NCBI GenBank assembly: GCA_965649765.1
Contig: OZ287753.1
Span: 73,532,001 to 73,596,000, forward strand
Direction of reading: 5' to 3'
Length of the DNA: 64,000 nucleotides
From: Bispira polyomma
Taxonomy: Eukaryota
Positions 21,305-34,138 of this stretch are shown in pieces. The notes beneath the pieces were generated by a model. It did not search any database and was not told the origin of the DNA. It saw nothing but the letters and a program-made list of their open reading frames with translations. The first letter of the stretch is position 1. Each line of letters starts with the position of its first letter. A program made the position numbers and the translations under genes.

Positions 21305-24300
21305 ACTATTGTAGAAATAACACACTCCAATCATGGTGTTGTGCTGCATTTTTACGAGTAGCGATATTAGGATTACGAAGGCGAAGTCTGGGGGATTCTA
21401 ATGCGCTTCGTGTTGTAAATGCAACACAACACCACGATTGGAGTGCGTTATTTCTATTCTAACAGGACCAATTCCTTAATTTGCAAAAATAAATGTTACC
21501 TGCAGTGAAATTCCTTTTTTTGTTAAAATGTGGCTCTTCCATCAGCTGTTTGCAGAGGGTGTTACAGAGCTGTTTCAATAATAATAGAGTCAAAGAAAAC
21601 ACCAGAAGTATACCATAACAGATTTTTAAGACATTATATGACTCATATTTTACACAAAATATTAACAAACAAAAAACATTGAAATATATTTGAACAATAA
21701 ATAGTCTTTTAACAATATGAATTTTAAGTTCATATATTACATAGCTTAACTACATCAAATTTACAACATTTTAAAATGTCTCCACATACTGTCTTTGAAC
21801 GATGCTGTAACACTTTTAATTAATTTTTGAACATCATGTTTATGGTTATATATCTGCCAGAGATATTGCCATTTTCAAACATTTTTAAGGGACTATCTCT
21901 CTACTGAGATGTTCTTAGTAGTAACAGTGGTACTACTCTGCAGACTGGTAACACTTTCTGTTGATGTTGCTTTTCCATAATTGTAGAGGATTTCACTCAT
22001 TTCTTTACATTTTTTGTTACAAGTTGTGCCAATGTAAGGTTGTAAACTGTTGGTGCCAATGTAAGGTTTTAAACTGTTGGTGTCCAGTGACCTTTATTAA
22101 GTCATTTGAGTCAATACTTTTGTTAGCTAAAACTTAGCAAGAGGTGTTGCTCGAATACAGTGATTACTGTATATTTGGGACAACCCTGCAAGTTTGGAAA
22201 TGTTCTTCATCATTGAATCCAATGTGTTTATCTCAATTTTTCTAGAGTACCAAGTATCCAAAACATTGAATGGTGTTTTCTGGGTTTTCCTTGCAGTTTG
22301 GAAAAAAAGATTGTTCATCTGGACTTAGTTTTGACAGATACAAATGCAGAGATGCCACGGGGCAGTTGGGATCATTGGTGTGTGAATACATACGTTGGTC
22401 TTTGTCTGATGGGCCTCTACACCATGATTTTTCTTGGATGACGCATTAAATTTTATGGTGGCTTATTCGAATTTAGAATTTTCATCATCTTGAATAAAGA
22501 TGAAATCAGTCTTTTTTAAATCATGGAGCCCCTCATGGCTTCTACGCCCAAAATGAAGGGACACTTACAAAAACACCTTGTACTGAAGGCTTGCAGGATT
22601 GTCTTTAGACACCACACAAGTGTTACACGTTTTTTTAATATCACCAAGAGCAATGGGAGCCTTATGCTTGGTAATATGTAGGCCGGCAGCCCGATTTATT
22701 CTAATACGGCTTGTTAGCACTTTTTTTGCTGGAACAAATATTTTATCACCGACAATGTTAATGGGTCTACTTGTTGGTTGGGTGGAGTAGGGTTTTCCAT
22801 CTTTGGTGTTCACCTCACCATAAAAGCATCTCAGTATATCAGAAAGTTGTGATTCTGGAATGGTTGCAAAGTCGATATAATATAACATATTGCATTTGAT
22901 ATTGCGCATTTTTACAATTCTACTTGTAATACTTGTCAAAGAGATATTTCTTAACTTTTTTCCTAAACAGTTTTAGATTGTTACAGTCCTTGATGTTGCA
23001 GAGTAACTCATTCCACAATGATGGGCCGCTCACACTGAATGATCTTGATGCAAAAGTGTATCGGCTTGTTTTAGGTACATGAAGATTGTTTGAGAAAGTC
23101 GAGGATCTGAGTCCTTCTCTGAACACTGGTTTTTGAGTCGGCAGGTTCTGCAAATATTCTGGAGCATTTCCTTGCGGGCATTTGTACACAATCACCATAA
23201 TTTTGAATTCAATCTTGGCAGCAATTGGTAGCCAGTGAAGTAGCTTTCTGGATTCGGTCGAGCTTTCATATTTTGTCCTGTTAAGTACTAATTTGGCAGC
23301 TAGATTTTGAACTCTGCAATTTCTTGATTGAGTTTTGTGGTAAACCAAACAGTACACTATTGCAAAAATCGAGATGTGACAATACTAAGCCTGAAACTAC
23401 TGTGTGTATTGCTTCCATTGTAAGGGTGGATCTGATGTTTCCAATTCGGTGAATGTTTAGCATAGCTACTTTGCATTTATGAGTAATGTGTTGTTTGAAG
23501 TTGAGGTGATTATTCAAATAGACTTCTAGATACTTAATGTCAGCACTTAAATTAACATCTTCACCATTCACTTTTAAACTATGTGAGAAACGTTTCTGGA
23601 GTTGCTTTATATGGCCAAACAGGATGAATTCAGTTTTAGAGCTATTCATTTTAAGACGGTTGGAATCTATCCACAATTTTATGTCCTCAGCACAATTTTC
23701 TAATGATCTAGGAGTGGTGGCTTCTGCCTGTTGTTGGCTGAGAATGACAATTTGATTGCATGATCGTCTGCATATCCGTGCAGTGACATATCAGCTGGAA
23801 CTACGTATTTCAGGGTACTGACATAGCTAGAGTAGAGAGTTGGACCTGCACAACTGCCCTGTGGTACTGAGAAATCTAGTGGAGTTTTCTTAGAATAGCT
23901 TTTACCTATGTTCACACAGCATGATCTTGGGTTTAGATAGTTATTGAACCATTTCAGAGCACTTCCAGATATACCATATTGTTTGTTTAAAACTTTAAGT
24001 AGGATTTCATGATCATCTGTGTTGAATGCAGCTGATAAGTCAATCGCCATCATTGCAGTTACTTTTTGATGTTCCATGGCCCACAAAATGTCATTTGTTA
24101 GTTTTACCAGTGCAGTCTCACAGGAAAAATCCTGTCTGTAAGCAGACTGATAGTCAGGAAAGAGACTTTGAGTTTCAACATGGTCATTGAATTGTTTTAG
24201 AACTGCCTTTTCTCAAACCTTGGATAAAAATGACAAATTACTAACTGGTCTGCAGTTACACAATTCTAAGGCTAGTCCTTTTTTCTTGAGGAGTGGTCTG

Positions 24301-26828
24301 ATAATTGCGTTCTTTCATATACTTGGAAAGGTACCGGTTTGCAATGACTTATTGATTATGAGAGTGATGTGTTTAATAATGGCTCCAATAACTTTTTGAA
24401 TAACTTTGGTTGGAAGAGCATCTAATTCACAAGTTTTGCTAGCCATGCCACAGATTATGCTTTGTACTTCATCTTCACTGAGGGGAACAAAGTTATGTAG
24501 TATTGTACAATTCTTTGGGACCTCCAGTGAGTTCGGTGATCAGTTTATAAAGTTTTTTTGACTCTTTACCACATTATTCAATCTTCTCACTTAAGACTGA
24601 AATTTTGGAATTTTTTAACATATACTTGTTTCTTTCTATTTTTAAAGCTTTCAGAGTGTCTGGTGTTCGATATCTTTTCCATATTCTTTCTCTTCTTCTC
24701 ACTTTCTGTTTTTGTGATTTAATTTCTTCATTATACCATGGAAATTTTCTTCTAGGTACAATTCTTTTCTCTACCAAGGGGGCATGTTTGTCCAAGCATA
24801 ACTTTAATTTATCTTCAAAAAACTACTTTATCAATAGCTTTTGACTCATCAGTAGACAGTTCAATTTTGCTTAAATCAACGTATAACTGGTTCAGTTCTC
24901 TATTCCATTTTCTCACTGATTTTACTTGACTTTTTGGGCTATTTTTGTGACATTTTAAAAAACAAATTACAGCACGATGATCTGACACAAATTTTCCTGG
25001 AACACATTTAAATATTAAGTTACTGTCAAATTTGCTAATTACTGCATCTAAATATGTGTCCAGCAACATGAGTAAAAAACTAACATGTTGTTTATATCCC
25101 AGTGAGTTAATTATTTCATTCAGTGTTACAGTGTCATAGCTTTGCTTGTCATTTAAATGAATGTTGAGGACAATTGAGTTTGTATTGTCTTCTATTGCTA
25201 GGCTAGAGAGTTTATCACTGAATTCATTTAGAAAGGTAGCATTTGTTATTGGATGTTTCTTTGAGTATGGAGGATGATATATTGCATTTAGTGTGACTAC
25301 CTTTTGTGGAAGAGAAACCCTCCATTTGGCAAACTGAAATGATTGTAGTTCACACTCATTATGTTTCTTAACTCTATACTCTTTCTTATAAATAAGTGCC
25401 AGACCCCCACCTCTTGATTCTCTGCTAACAGCATCAAGGCAGTATCCACGTTTTGTCAGTTCACAGGTACTTATCCAAGCATCCACCTCATCTGTTTTTA
25501 GCTAGCCAGGTTTCAGTCACAACACACAGGTCTATGTTTAAGTCATTGATGTATTCTGCGAGTATAATATCCCTGTTTGTAATAGACTGGGCATTTATGA
25601 GCAGTATACTGATGTTTTCACTGCTACTTTGTCCTGGCTCATTATCTAATAATATTTCACATTCTGATACAGTAGTTGTATTTGTATCCAGGTATTTCTG
25701 TTTATTGCGGTTTTTTCCATCTTTTGTTCAGCCTATTTTTTCTCATGACTTTTACAGTATCCAGTGATAATGACTTTAATGTTGTGCTTGATTGTACTTT
25801 TTGTCTAATGTCTACTACAGGCTATTGTATTCATCACACAAGTACACATCAATCTCACATGCTTACCACTGCTTAAAAACTGGGTTTACACAGAAATAGT
25901 TATCCACTATATATCTGAAGTATCCTTTTTTTTGTCTTCTTAAAATTGTATTTACTTTACTCCTGGATCCTTTATGTACATTATATTGTAAAATCATAGG
26001 ATAATGGCTAATATTTTCAGTAAAATTCAGCTGATTAAATGATAATTTTCCTAGTGCAGCCACTCAAGGCGCAAGATGGGAGACTATTCAGTTGACACAT
26101 AGAAAGCCAATCTAAAACAAAATTAACTTTGTTCTAGAATAGACTTATCTGGGTTATTTTTCAAATTAAAAATTAAATGCTGATGGCAACTATAATTTGG
26201 GTTCATAGAATGATACACTCTTCATATTCAAAACTTATAAACCTACCTTTAAAAACATCCATAGCCCAAACAATTTGTCCCTTTGTGCTTTTTTTCAGAA
26301 TTGGCATCAGCTACATCATTTAGGTCAGTCTCATTCAATGTGCTGTATCTTTCTAGTTGACCAATACAATTTTCATTAACATTTGTATTTATGTTGGTAA
26401 CTTCTTTTGATTCACTTAATTCCATTTTTTATATTTCCATCATTTTCTGTCATTTTAGTGTTAAAAATTTCCTGAAAAACATTGTCATCAATTTCCTGTG
26501 CGTAAAAGTTATTTTGTAAACAAATTCTTGTTCCTTGTCGTCTGCTACGAGAGACTTACAATTATTATGATATAAACAAATCCCATTTTTATGGTCATCC
26601 AGAAAGTCAAACATTGGCCCACATATTTCAAAATCAGCGCAATCATCCATACTTAATTATGAACAAGATTTGTTTAATGCCTTGCTCACCTTTTAATATT
26701 TAATGTTTATTATGCAACAGCAATGTTTAACAGATGTAATTTCCCACCTTGTTATGTGGATATAACACATGCCGAGGAACAAATCAGAATTGCAGACACT
26801 GCTGTGTCGTGTTAGCATGGTCAATAGT
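21305..26828 (-). mobile_element. Crypton-type (DUF3504 tyrosine recombinase) DNA transposon, split by a LINE
   Basis: Exon 26650-26247, GT-AG intron 26246-26112, then DWLSMCQLN|IDFATIPESQLSDILRCFYGEVNTKDGKPYS...LHFGRRSHEG...CPVASLHLYLSKL...WYS...NTLDSMMKNISKLAGLSQIYSNHCIRAT. Long hairpin at 21312-21455; ends ACTATTG...CAATAGT. Confidence 0.8.
22877..26085 (-). mobile_element. Degenerate L2/CR1-group LINE (APE + RT) nested in the Crypton
   Basis: LINAQSI...VVTETWL, IYHPPYS, VSDH, IDLSAAF, VPQGSCAGP, GYADDH, LHWLPI, RSFSVSGPSLWNEL, with many frameshifts. Excision restores the Crypton frame (AAT|ATC). Confidence 0.88.
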
Positions 26829-26920
26829 GTCCAAATGTTTTGGGATTTGAGTTTTTCAGGGAGTTCATGAAGGTTTTTGCTTGAAAATAGTTTGGCATTG
26901 ACTTTAATTTTGTCCATCAA
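26829..26920 (-). pseudogene. LINE ORF1-like segment that precedes the NADAR domain
   Basis: MDKIKVNAKLFSSKNLHELPEKLKSQNIWT resembles the DKLxING...NLHELP tail of ORF1p. It lies directly across the Crypton from the NADAR start, on the same strand. Confidence 0.55.
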
Positions 26921-26927
26921 AACCTAG

Positions 26928-27185
26928 CGGGCCGTGGTGGCCTAGTGGTTAGCAAGCATTGCGCTTCACAATCACTGGTCTCTCACCTCTGAGCGGCGTG
27001 AGTTCGAATCCCGTCGATGCCTATGTGGGAAAGGTGGTAGTTCCTTACTGTGGGCCGCTGGTTTCTCTGCAGAACCTTGACCGACTGTATGCAGTGTTTC
27101 CTCCAGCGTTTCCAACTACCCATTACAATATAACCTACTAAAAGGTACTAGAGTGGACGTTAAATATCCAAAATTCAAATTCAGT
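26928..27185 (+). mobile_element. tRNA-derived SINE (Meta-SINE-like)
   Basis: A-box GTGGCCTAGTGG, B-box GAGTTCGAATCC, body TGTGGGAAAGG...GTTTCCTCCA...GTGGACGTTAAA, and an (AAATTC)n tail. A close copy lies at 39359. Confidence 0.85.
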
Positions 27186-27664
27186 CAAAAATTACTATAA
27201 AATATAAAAATCAGTACCTAGAAATACCACTCACAAATATTCCTACAACACTGGATAGCATGGATAAATGTAGGCTGATTCAAGTCAAGTATACAACAGT
27301 CACAAAATGTTTTTAAAAGGAATAGGCAACACTTCATACAGAAATTGTAACTTTCAATTAGAATTACTGTAAATAATGGCGAAGCAATAGACTTCAATAT
27401 ACCATTATAAAGAAAAGGCAAAATACAAAATGTATAATGTGTGACAAAATACACATGGCTACTATAACAATGTATATATTATAGAAGTAAACCATAAACA
27501 TTCATTTAAGTTAACTGATAAATTGCAAACTGAAGAAGTGAACAACAAACTGCATTATAAAATTGCCAAAAGTACTGACTATCAAACAGTTCTAAAAAAA
27601 TTGCAAAACAAATAAATGTGACAAGACAAACAAGTATAGTAGAACCTCAATTATCCTACTCCAG

Positions 27665-27771
27665 GGGCCATATTCACAAAGGGACTTAGCCAAGTCTTAG
27701 GCTTAAATCAAGCACAAAAGTATATTGATTTAAGCTTAAGACCTGGCTAAGTCCCTTCGTGAATACGGCCC
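27665..27771. mobile_element. Palindromic Harbinger/Tourist-type MITE
   Basis: GGGCCATATTCACAAAGGGACTTAGCCAAG... and ...CTGGCTAAGTCCCTTCGTGAATACGGCCC form near-perfect ~47-bp inverted arms; flanked by CAG/CTG. Confidence 0.85.
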
Positions 27772-28153
27772 CTGTTTAACTGAATCTCCAGATTAGCTAA
27801 ACTGAACTGATCTGCCTCAACATTACACGCAAACTATCGGTTCTCATTATCAGGAAATGAGGATTTTACCGAATTATTCCTTCATCTGCCTCTTCCTATT
27901 TAATATTTCATCAATTCTTTTATGCTCGTAAGCGTATATTTGTCTTATAAAAGCCAATTGCTAATCAAATAACAAGGAGACAATAGAACTCTTTTTTTTT
28001 GATGGAACGTTGACACACAGTATGAATTAACATCAACCTGGTGAAGTGTACATAAAAGACAACACACCATTTTTGATCAAAATAATATTAAAGGAGATAT
28101 TCAAGGGAGACCATGACAATGAAAGGAAATGAGCGCCCTTTTCAAGGGACACT

Positions 28154-31100
28154 TAATTAGTGTCCGGTCTATCGGGAATCAATTTTCTTCCAGCACGACC
28201 CTTTCTGTCTGGTGCATACTTGAGGTACCTAGTAATATACGTCATAATGTCTGTTTCAGTACCTGCTCTGGCACTTTGCACTACATTTACAAAACAAAAT
28301 TAAGCACCAGAAAACAGTTTTCAATTTGTATGAGATTCTTATTTACAATACAAATAATGCATTACTTTATTTTATTTACTGCTTAAAGTTGCTCAAATAT
28401 TACCTTAAAAAGAAAGAAAAAATGAAATATTCAAGCATTAAAAGTTTGACCAGTAGAACCTAAATATCAGGATTAATAGTCAGCACCACATTGTAAGTAT
28501 GTATTACTGTGATCCAGTTGTGAACAAGTAGATGTCATGCTTTAAAAAATATAAACTACTTACTTTAATACATGATAAATTAAGTAAACAACCTTTTGTG
28601 TTCTCCCTATTATATAAACAAACAAGCATTCAGTGTTCGATGAATCAGTCACATACGTCAGATGGCGCTTAACAAAACAAACGGAAATGAAAATAAAAGC
28701 TGCTGGCAGTACATATTATAAGTACCAGTGAATTTGAATCCATCTTAAGGAAATAAGAAAGCTATAAAATACTGCCATATTCCTCGATGATTGGATTTAA
28801 GGTTTACTATTAATAGTAAGAAAAATCACAAGCAATGTGGTAATTAGGTCAAACTCTTAAAGCTTTAATTACAACGAATAGACAACTTTCTTAAATTATA
28901 AAAATGGCTGCATCATCCTTGGCACCAACCATGTGTAAATACCGAACATAGAGTCCAAAAGCCAAAGAGAAGTAGGTCAGAGTGCTGTCTACACGATCTA
29001 GGAAGGTTTTGTACACTATGTCGAAGATGGATCGCGCATGCATAGATCCATCTTTGACAAAAACAACACATTATTCAATATCTTTGGTAAATGTGAAAAG
29101 GACTATTGCCTTTTACGATCGTACACATTTGAGTTTGTTCAAATGCCAGCATTCCTCTGTTACCATTGATGTTCATATTTGAGATACACATATTTGTCAT
29201 CAATCTAAATATTTGAAAAAGTTCATTGTTATAAAACACTTTTAAAATATCAATAAGGATTGTATTAATAGGAGGTTTGAGGTATTAACGTTTCCTGATC
29301 AGCCATAAAGATATGAATGTCTGAAAATAAACACATATTTAATGCATTATTTAATGCATTCGATTCTGTAGGTTGTATCACAATTCGATTTTCCCTCCCA
29401 AAATATTAAGCCCAGCCCACTTCTTCGCCCCGATCTCCCGGAACCCAAAATCGGGTCATTTTTGCCAATCGAACTTGATAGTAAATCCCAACTCAATTAG
29501 GCCCAGTAACAGGTCCCTGTTACTGGGTCTCAAATGTAGTGTTTTCAGAATTAGCTATATTAGTTGAAAAAGTTAAAGACAAAAATGACAGCAATAATAT
29601 AATGATGTATAATGATATATACCATGTTTTGTTTATAATCTGTCGACAGCATTGCCTCAACTATTGAGAACTCTGCTAGCGAGTCTACCATCTGAATATT
29701 GAAAACATCTGGTGGAACAGATGCAGATTTTGTTTAACTGGTAACAGCATCTCGTATTTCCACTAGTAGTTGCAATACTTTTTTCTGAAACTCTTAAAAA
29801 TAAGTGAAATATAATTATATAATAAATGTGGGATATATTATAAGAAAACATTGTCACACATGACAGTAATAATAAGGCTCGACATATATTTGCTATTTAA
29901 TGAAAATTCTTATTAATTTTATTAATTGACACTAATTTTATAATAGTGCAGTAAGAAATCTGAAGTGATATATATAAAGGTCAGTGGATACCTAACATTG
30001 ACCACAGCAATGACAGTGAATTGTTTGATTAACTCGACAGAGCAGACAAGAAAAATATACAGTGCTTTGAGACGAACAAAATGAGATATTGTGCTAAGTC
30101 TGAAAGTACAACACAATATACAAACAGTAACAATACAGTTTTGAAAAACATACTGGTTGTAGTCAAGGGAAACTGGCCAGATAACTGGACTGCGTCTCCA
30201 GTGGGTGTTTCTTCGTAATTTCTGGACTCTGTCAGACTAACTGTTTGCAGGAAACAATGTAAAACAAAGACATTACAAAAATATCACAAATTTTAAATGC
30301 AACATACTTAAAAATAATAATAAGGCAACATAATTATTTATCCATTATCTTTTAAAAACAAATAATAACACTGAAATTAAAACATTGCTTTTTTAATACA
30401 CACTATAAACTAAGTTGACAACCTATTCAATATCTATGTTTAATTTTGCATTCATAATGTAGAGTATAGACATACCATGTCTTTGTGGGGATCTTGGCCT
30501 TGAAAAATGTTGTGGGGATCTTTCTGTTCCCCGAGTGTCCCTTCTAGGTGACCTAGATCTGTATGTACGATCATAGTGGCTCGCTGGAGTTGTGCTGGGA
30601 GATCGACCGTGACCTCTCACTGTGGACCTCGATTCTCTGTGGCTGGGAGATCTTGGCCACTGCTTCAAACCTACCAAATAACTTACAAATTTAAAAATCT
30701 TTCTTCTAAAGAGTAAATAAATAAGATACATGGCTTCAAGGTTGAAAACCTGAGTTACCTGATCATCACATTCCCATGACCTCTCGCTTCTGTTTGATTT
30801 CACTCCACTGTGCCTCAAACTTTCATGAAAAGAACACTAAGGGATAGTGTACTTTAGTTTTTAAAATTTTGTTTTATATTTTATGGTCCTACATATTATT
30901 TTCCTTTCTAAATTAAAAATTAATGAACTTCACAAACTAAATTGACAAAATATTCAACAAACAGAAGAAGTCGGATAAATGTGAGTTTCAGATAAACAAA
31001 AGATTAACATAATCTTATAGCACTGCCTTGATGAATAAGTGGTTTACAATCGGTTTTTATAAGTAAACGCTTTAAAATAAAATAAATTATACATACTTGC

Positions 31101-33282
31101 ATAGAAAAGTTGTTTTTAATGCTTTATATTATGAAGTTTATCCCAAAATATTTAGGTAAAATACTCGACTTTCCCCCACAAAGCTAATTTTCATAAGAAA
31201 CATGTTTTAAAAATTGGCAACATTAGTCTGGTTTAATTAATCCAGATTTTCGGATGAACGTGGGGTCAGGTAAACAGAATTCTTCTGTTTATGTTTAATC
31301 TCACATTCATAGTGTAGAGTATAGACATACCATGTCTTGTTCTTTGTGGGGATTTTGGCCTTGAAAAACGTTGTGGGGATCTTTCTGTCCCCCGAGTGTC
31401 CCTTCTAGGTGACCTAGATCTGTATGTACGATCATAGTGGCTCACTGGAGTTGTGCTGGGAGATTACCGTGACCTCTCATTGGAGACCTCGATTCTCTGT
31501 GGCTGGGAGATCTTGACCGCTTCCTCAAACCTACCAAATAACTTACAAATTTAACAAGCATTTGGTCACATATTTTGAATGCGACAGCAGGTGAAGCTAG
31601 AGCAATGATCAGTCATTGATGTAAGAAATTACTGTGCATGCCTCCAACATGGCTATAGCTACATAGGTAATATTTGCTTATATATTTTATATAATTACCT
31701 TGAAACAATGAACTGGATCAGGACTAATTTTTAATAACAGATACATGAAATAATAAACTTCAATGATGCGTCTTAATCATACAATAAAACATATTTCAAT
31801 GTGTAGAAAATGTACATCACAATTACTAAGAGATATATATATGGATCTTATCCAAAGAACATTGGAGTTTTGGTAATTATGAAATAAATAGAGGTATTGT
31901 CTATTGGGGTTGTGTTCATTGGGGTTTTGTCAGTTTATCGACACAATATAGGTTACTGAAAAATAATTTGAAACTTACATTGAGTTTTAGATAGTTTTAT
32001 CGGTAATGGTAGTTTCGGCAGCTGTGGACTACCTAAATAAATGAAGTATAGCAAAATTTTAAGTCTTAATATGACAACAGTAACAAAAGTGTATCTAACA
32101 AGCAACCCTCCATAATTGCCTAGGTATATTCCTCTATGTTTTAAATTTTTTTTTTCTTCTATATTTTAGTTAATGAAACATAAAGCACTTAGACATTAAA
32201 TTATTTGATAACATGTAATGTTTCCTAGACTCTATCGCTAACCAAACAAACGAGGACAATAATGGAAGGCTTACTACAGAAAAAGAAACATACTGTGAAT
32301 ATCAACGCCAAACATTCAATGCAAATGTGATTATTAGAAAAATAGAAATCACTATATATTATAACCGTTTGTATGATTGTCTTGTCTTGCCACTGGGGTG
32401 ACTTCTGCCTCACTTCCACTCTCGCCAGCACTGGTGAAGTCACTTTGTAGGTTTTTTCTCTTGACAGTCAGTTTCAGCAGTAGATGTGATGGTATAAGCA
32501 TCACAAACATCATTACTATCTATTCAAATGAACATCAAATAAAAACATTTTGAAGGTACCTCCTAGCTGTAGGAATTCCCACCTTATATTCATTAAACAG
32601 TTGTGTGTATGTGTACTGTAGAAGTTTGGCATCAAAGCTGTTTTAAGTTATGTCAATTACCATACCACTGTCATATTTAGGGGCTATTTCCAACTTAAAT
32701 GAGCTAATCAGAAGCAAGAGGCACTGTAGAGAGATGCGGGGTTCAGTATTTCAAGTTTTATTCCAGTTCTGACTTTTTCAAGGTATTTTGAAGTACATCT
32801 GTTCAAACTCGAGGCAATGCCTGGATCAGTCTAATTCTTTAGTGATCATTAAATTACAGCAAGCTTTATTAGCAATATAATATATATTTTTTACTTCAAA
32901 GAAATACACTGTATCAACAATTATTAATGGACAAAATATATCACAATTTTACATGAATCGGCTTTTTACAATAACAGAAATGATTACTAATTTTATAAAG
33001 GAAAGCCTTTTTATTAAATCATAGTTGCAGAATTAAATTCATGCTGACAAATACCCTTTTCTCATTAGAGCAATTATAGTAAATAGACATACTTAAGCTC
33101 ATTTTAACTTTGATAAGCGGAAATTTCAACCACGTTTGCTGGTTTGTCTCCGCTTGATTTCTGAGCAGCTTCTGTGCATTTAGAGTTGGCCAGAAAATGC
33201 AAGCATCCACAATCCATCATGTGGATGTAACTCCTTCTTCTTGCTTTTCCTCCTGCCACACAGCTCTGGACCATTTACCCAT
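28154..33282 (-). pseudogene. Multi-exon DUF4806-like transposon accessory gene, disrupted
   Basis: Exons: MGKWSRAVWQEEKQEEGV..*WI...FWP...WLKFPLIKVK (33282-~33092); DSNDVCDAYTITS (~32520-32365); SPQLPKLP (~32030); RS-rich exons; GQFPLTT|FQKKVLQLLVEIRD (~30250-29620); LMTNMCISNMNINGNRGMLAF (~29200); ITRYLKYAPDRKG (~28230). Mostly GT-AG boundaries; in-frame stops. Confidence 0.65.
30455..31555. repeat. ~240-bp duplication of an RS-rich exon with flanking splice sites
   Basis: 30455-30693 and 31310-31553 are near-identical (GTAGAGTATAGACATACCATGTC...CTACCAAATAACTTACAAATTTAA). Confidence 0.9.
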
Positions 33283-33649
33283 TGCTGAAATGACATACAG
33301 TTTATATATGAACTAAGACACATTCGTCCTCAGTTAAGAGGAACCACGATCAAGCAACGATGAGATATTGTTTACTTACTCAGAACATTTTAATAAAGCA
33401 TAGAAAACAAAAAGCATAGAAAACAGTTATAATTTTAATAAATCTAACAATGCTTAAAGACAAAAAAACCAATAGTAAAGAATATTGAAACATTCCTAAA
33501 GGGCTCCTTAACATTTTGTCCTACGATTGTGGGGCAATGTATGCAATCTACAAATCGCACTGGTCGGCACTGGTCTCACTAAAGTTTTAGTATTCACCCC
33601 ATGTCCAGGTTGGGTTCTGAACTAGCCCTAACTCAATCTGAACTCTTCT

Positions 33650-34138
33650 GTTTATTTGTGAAACATTTAATAAATGTTTATAAACGTTTTACATATGAAC
33701 AGAAGAAATAAAAACCGAGAAATTATTTCATGTTTGCTAAATGTTTATTAAACGTAACAGCAATTTTCCATTCTCCTACTAATTTGTGAAATGTTTAATA
33801 AAGGTTTATGAACGTTTACAAATACGTAAAACCATTGAAAAACCTTGGGTTACTGAAAATGATAAAAGATTGGTTTAAAAGAGGTTTATAAAATGTTTGT
33901 GACATTTATAAATATTTGTAATGTTTGCTGGGAACACTGTGTTTAATTGACGTTGGTTTCTGGTCTTGTTTTTTTTTTGTTCAACGTGGACAACCAAATA
34001 TCAACTTGGTTTCTAAGTCAGCAGTGACACTATAATTTCATAGGAATTTATAGACATGGAATTGAGGTTGATAGGCCGATGTCGACAACCCAATATCAAC
34101 TTTAATTCTAAGTTAAATCAGGTTGTGTACCCGCTGGG
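33650..34138. mobile_element. Two CMC/EnSpm-like non-autonomous element ends
   Basis: Subterminal short-repeat arrays end in TTTGCTGGG (~33932) and CCCGCTGGG (~34138), i.e. CCCAGC termini on the minus strand. Confidence 0.45.

Noticed and set aside
26928-27015. tRNA gene
   Set aside because: A/B boxes are present but there is no clean cloverleaf; it continues into a SINE body with many diverged copies.
30423-30818. Stand-alone SR-protein ORF
   Set aside because: Reads through intron sequence; explained as exons of the DUF4806-like relic.
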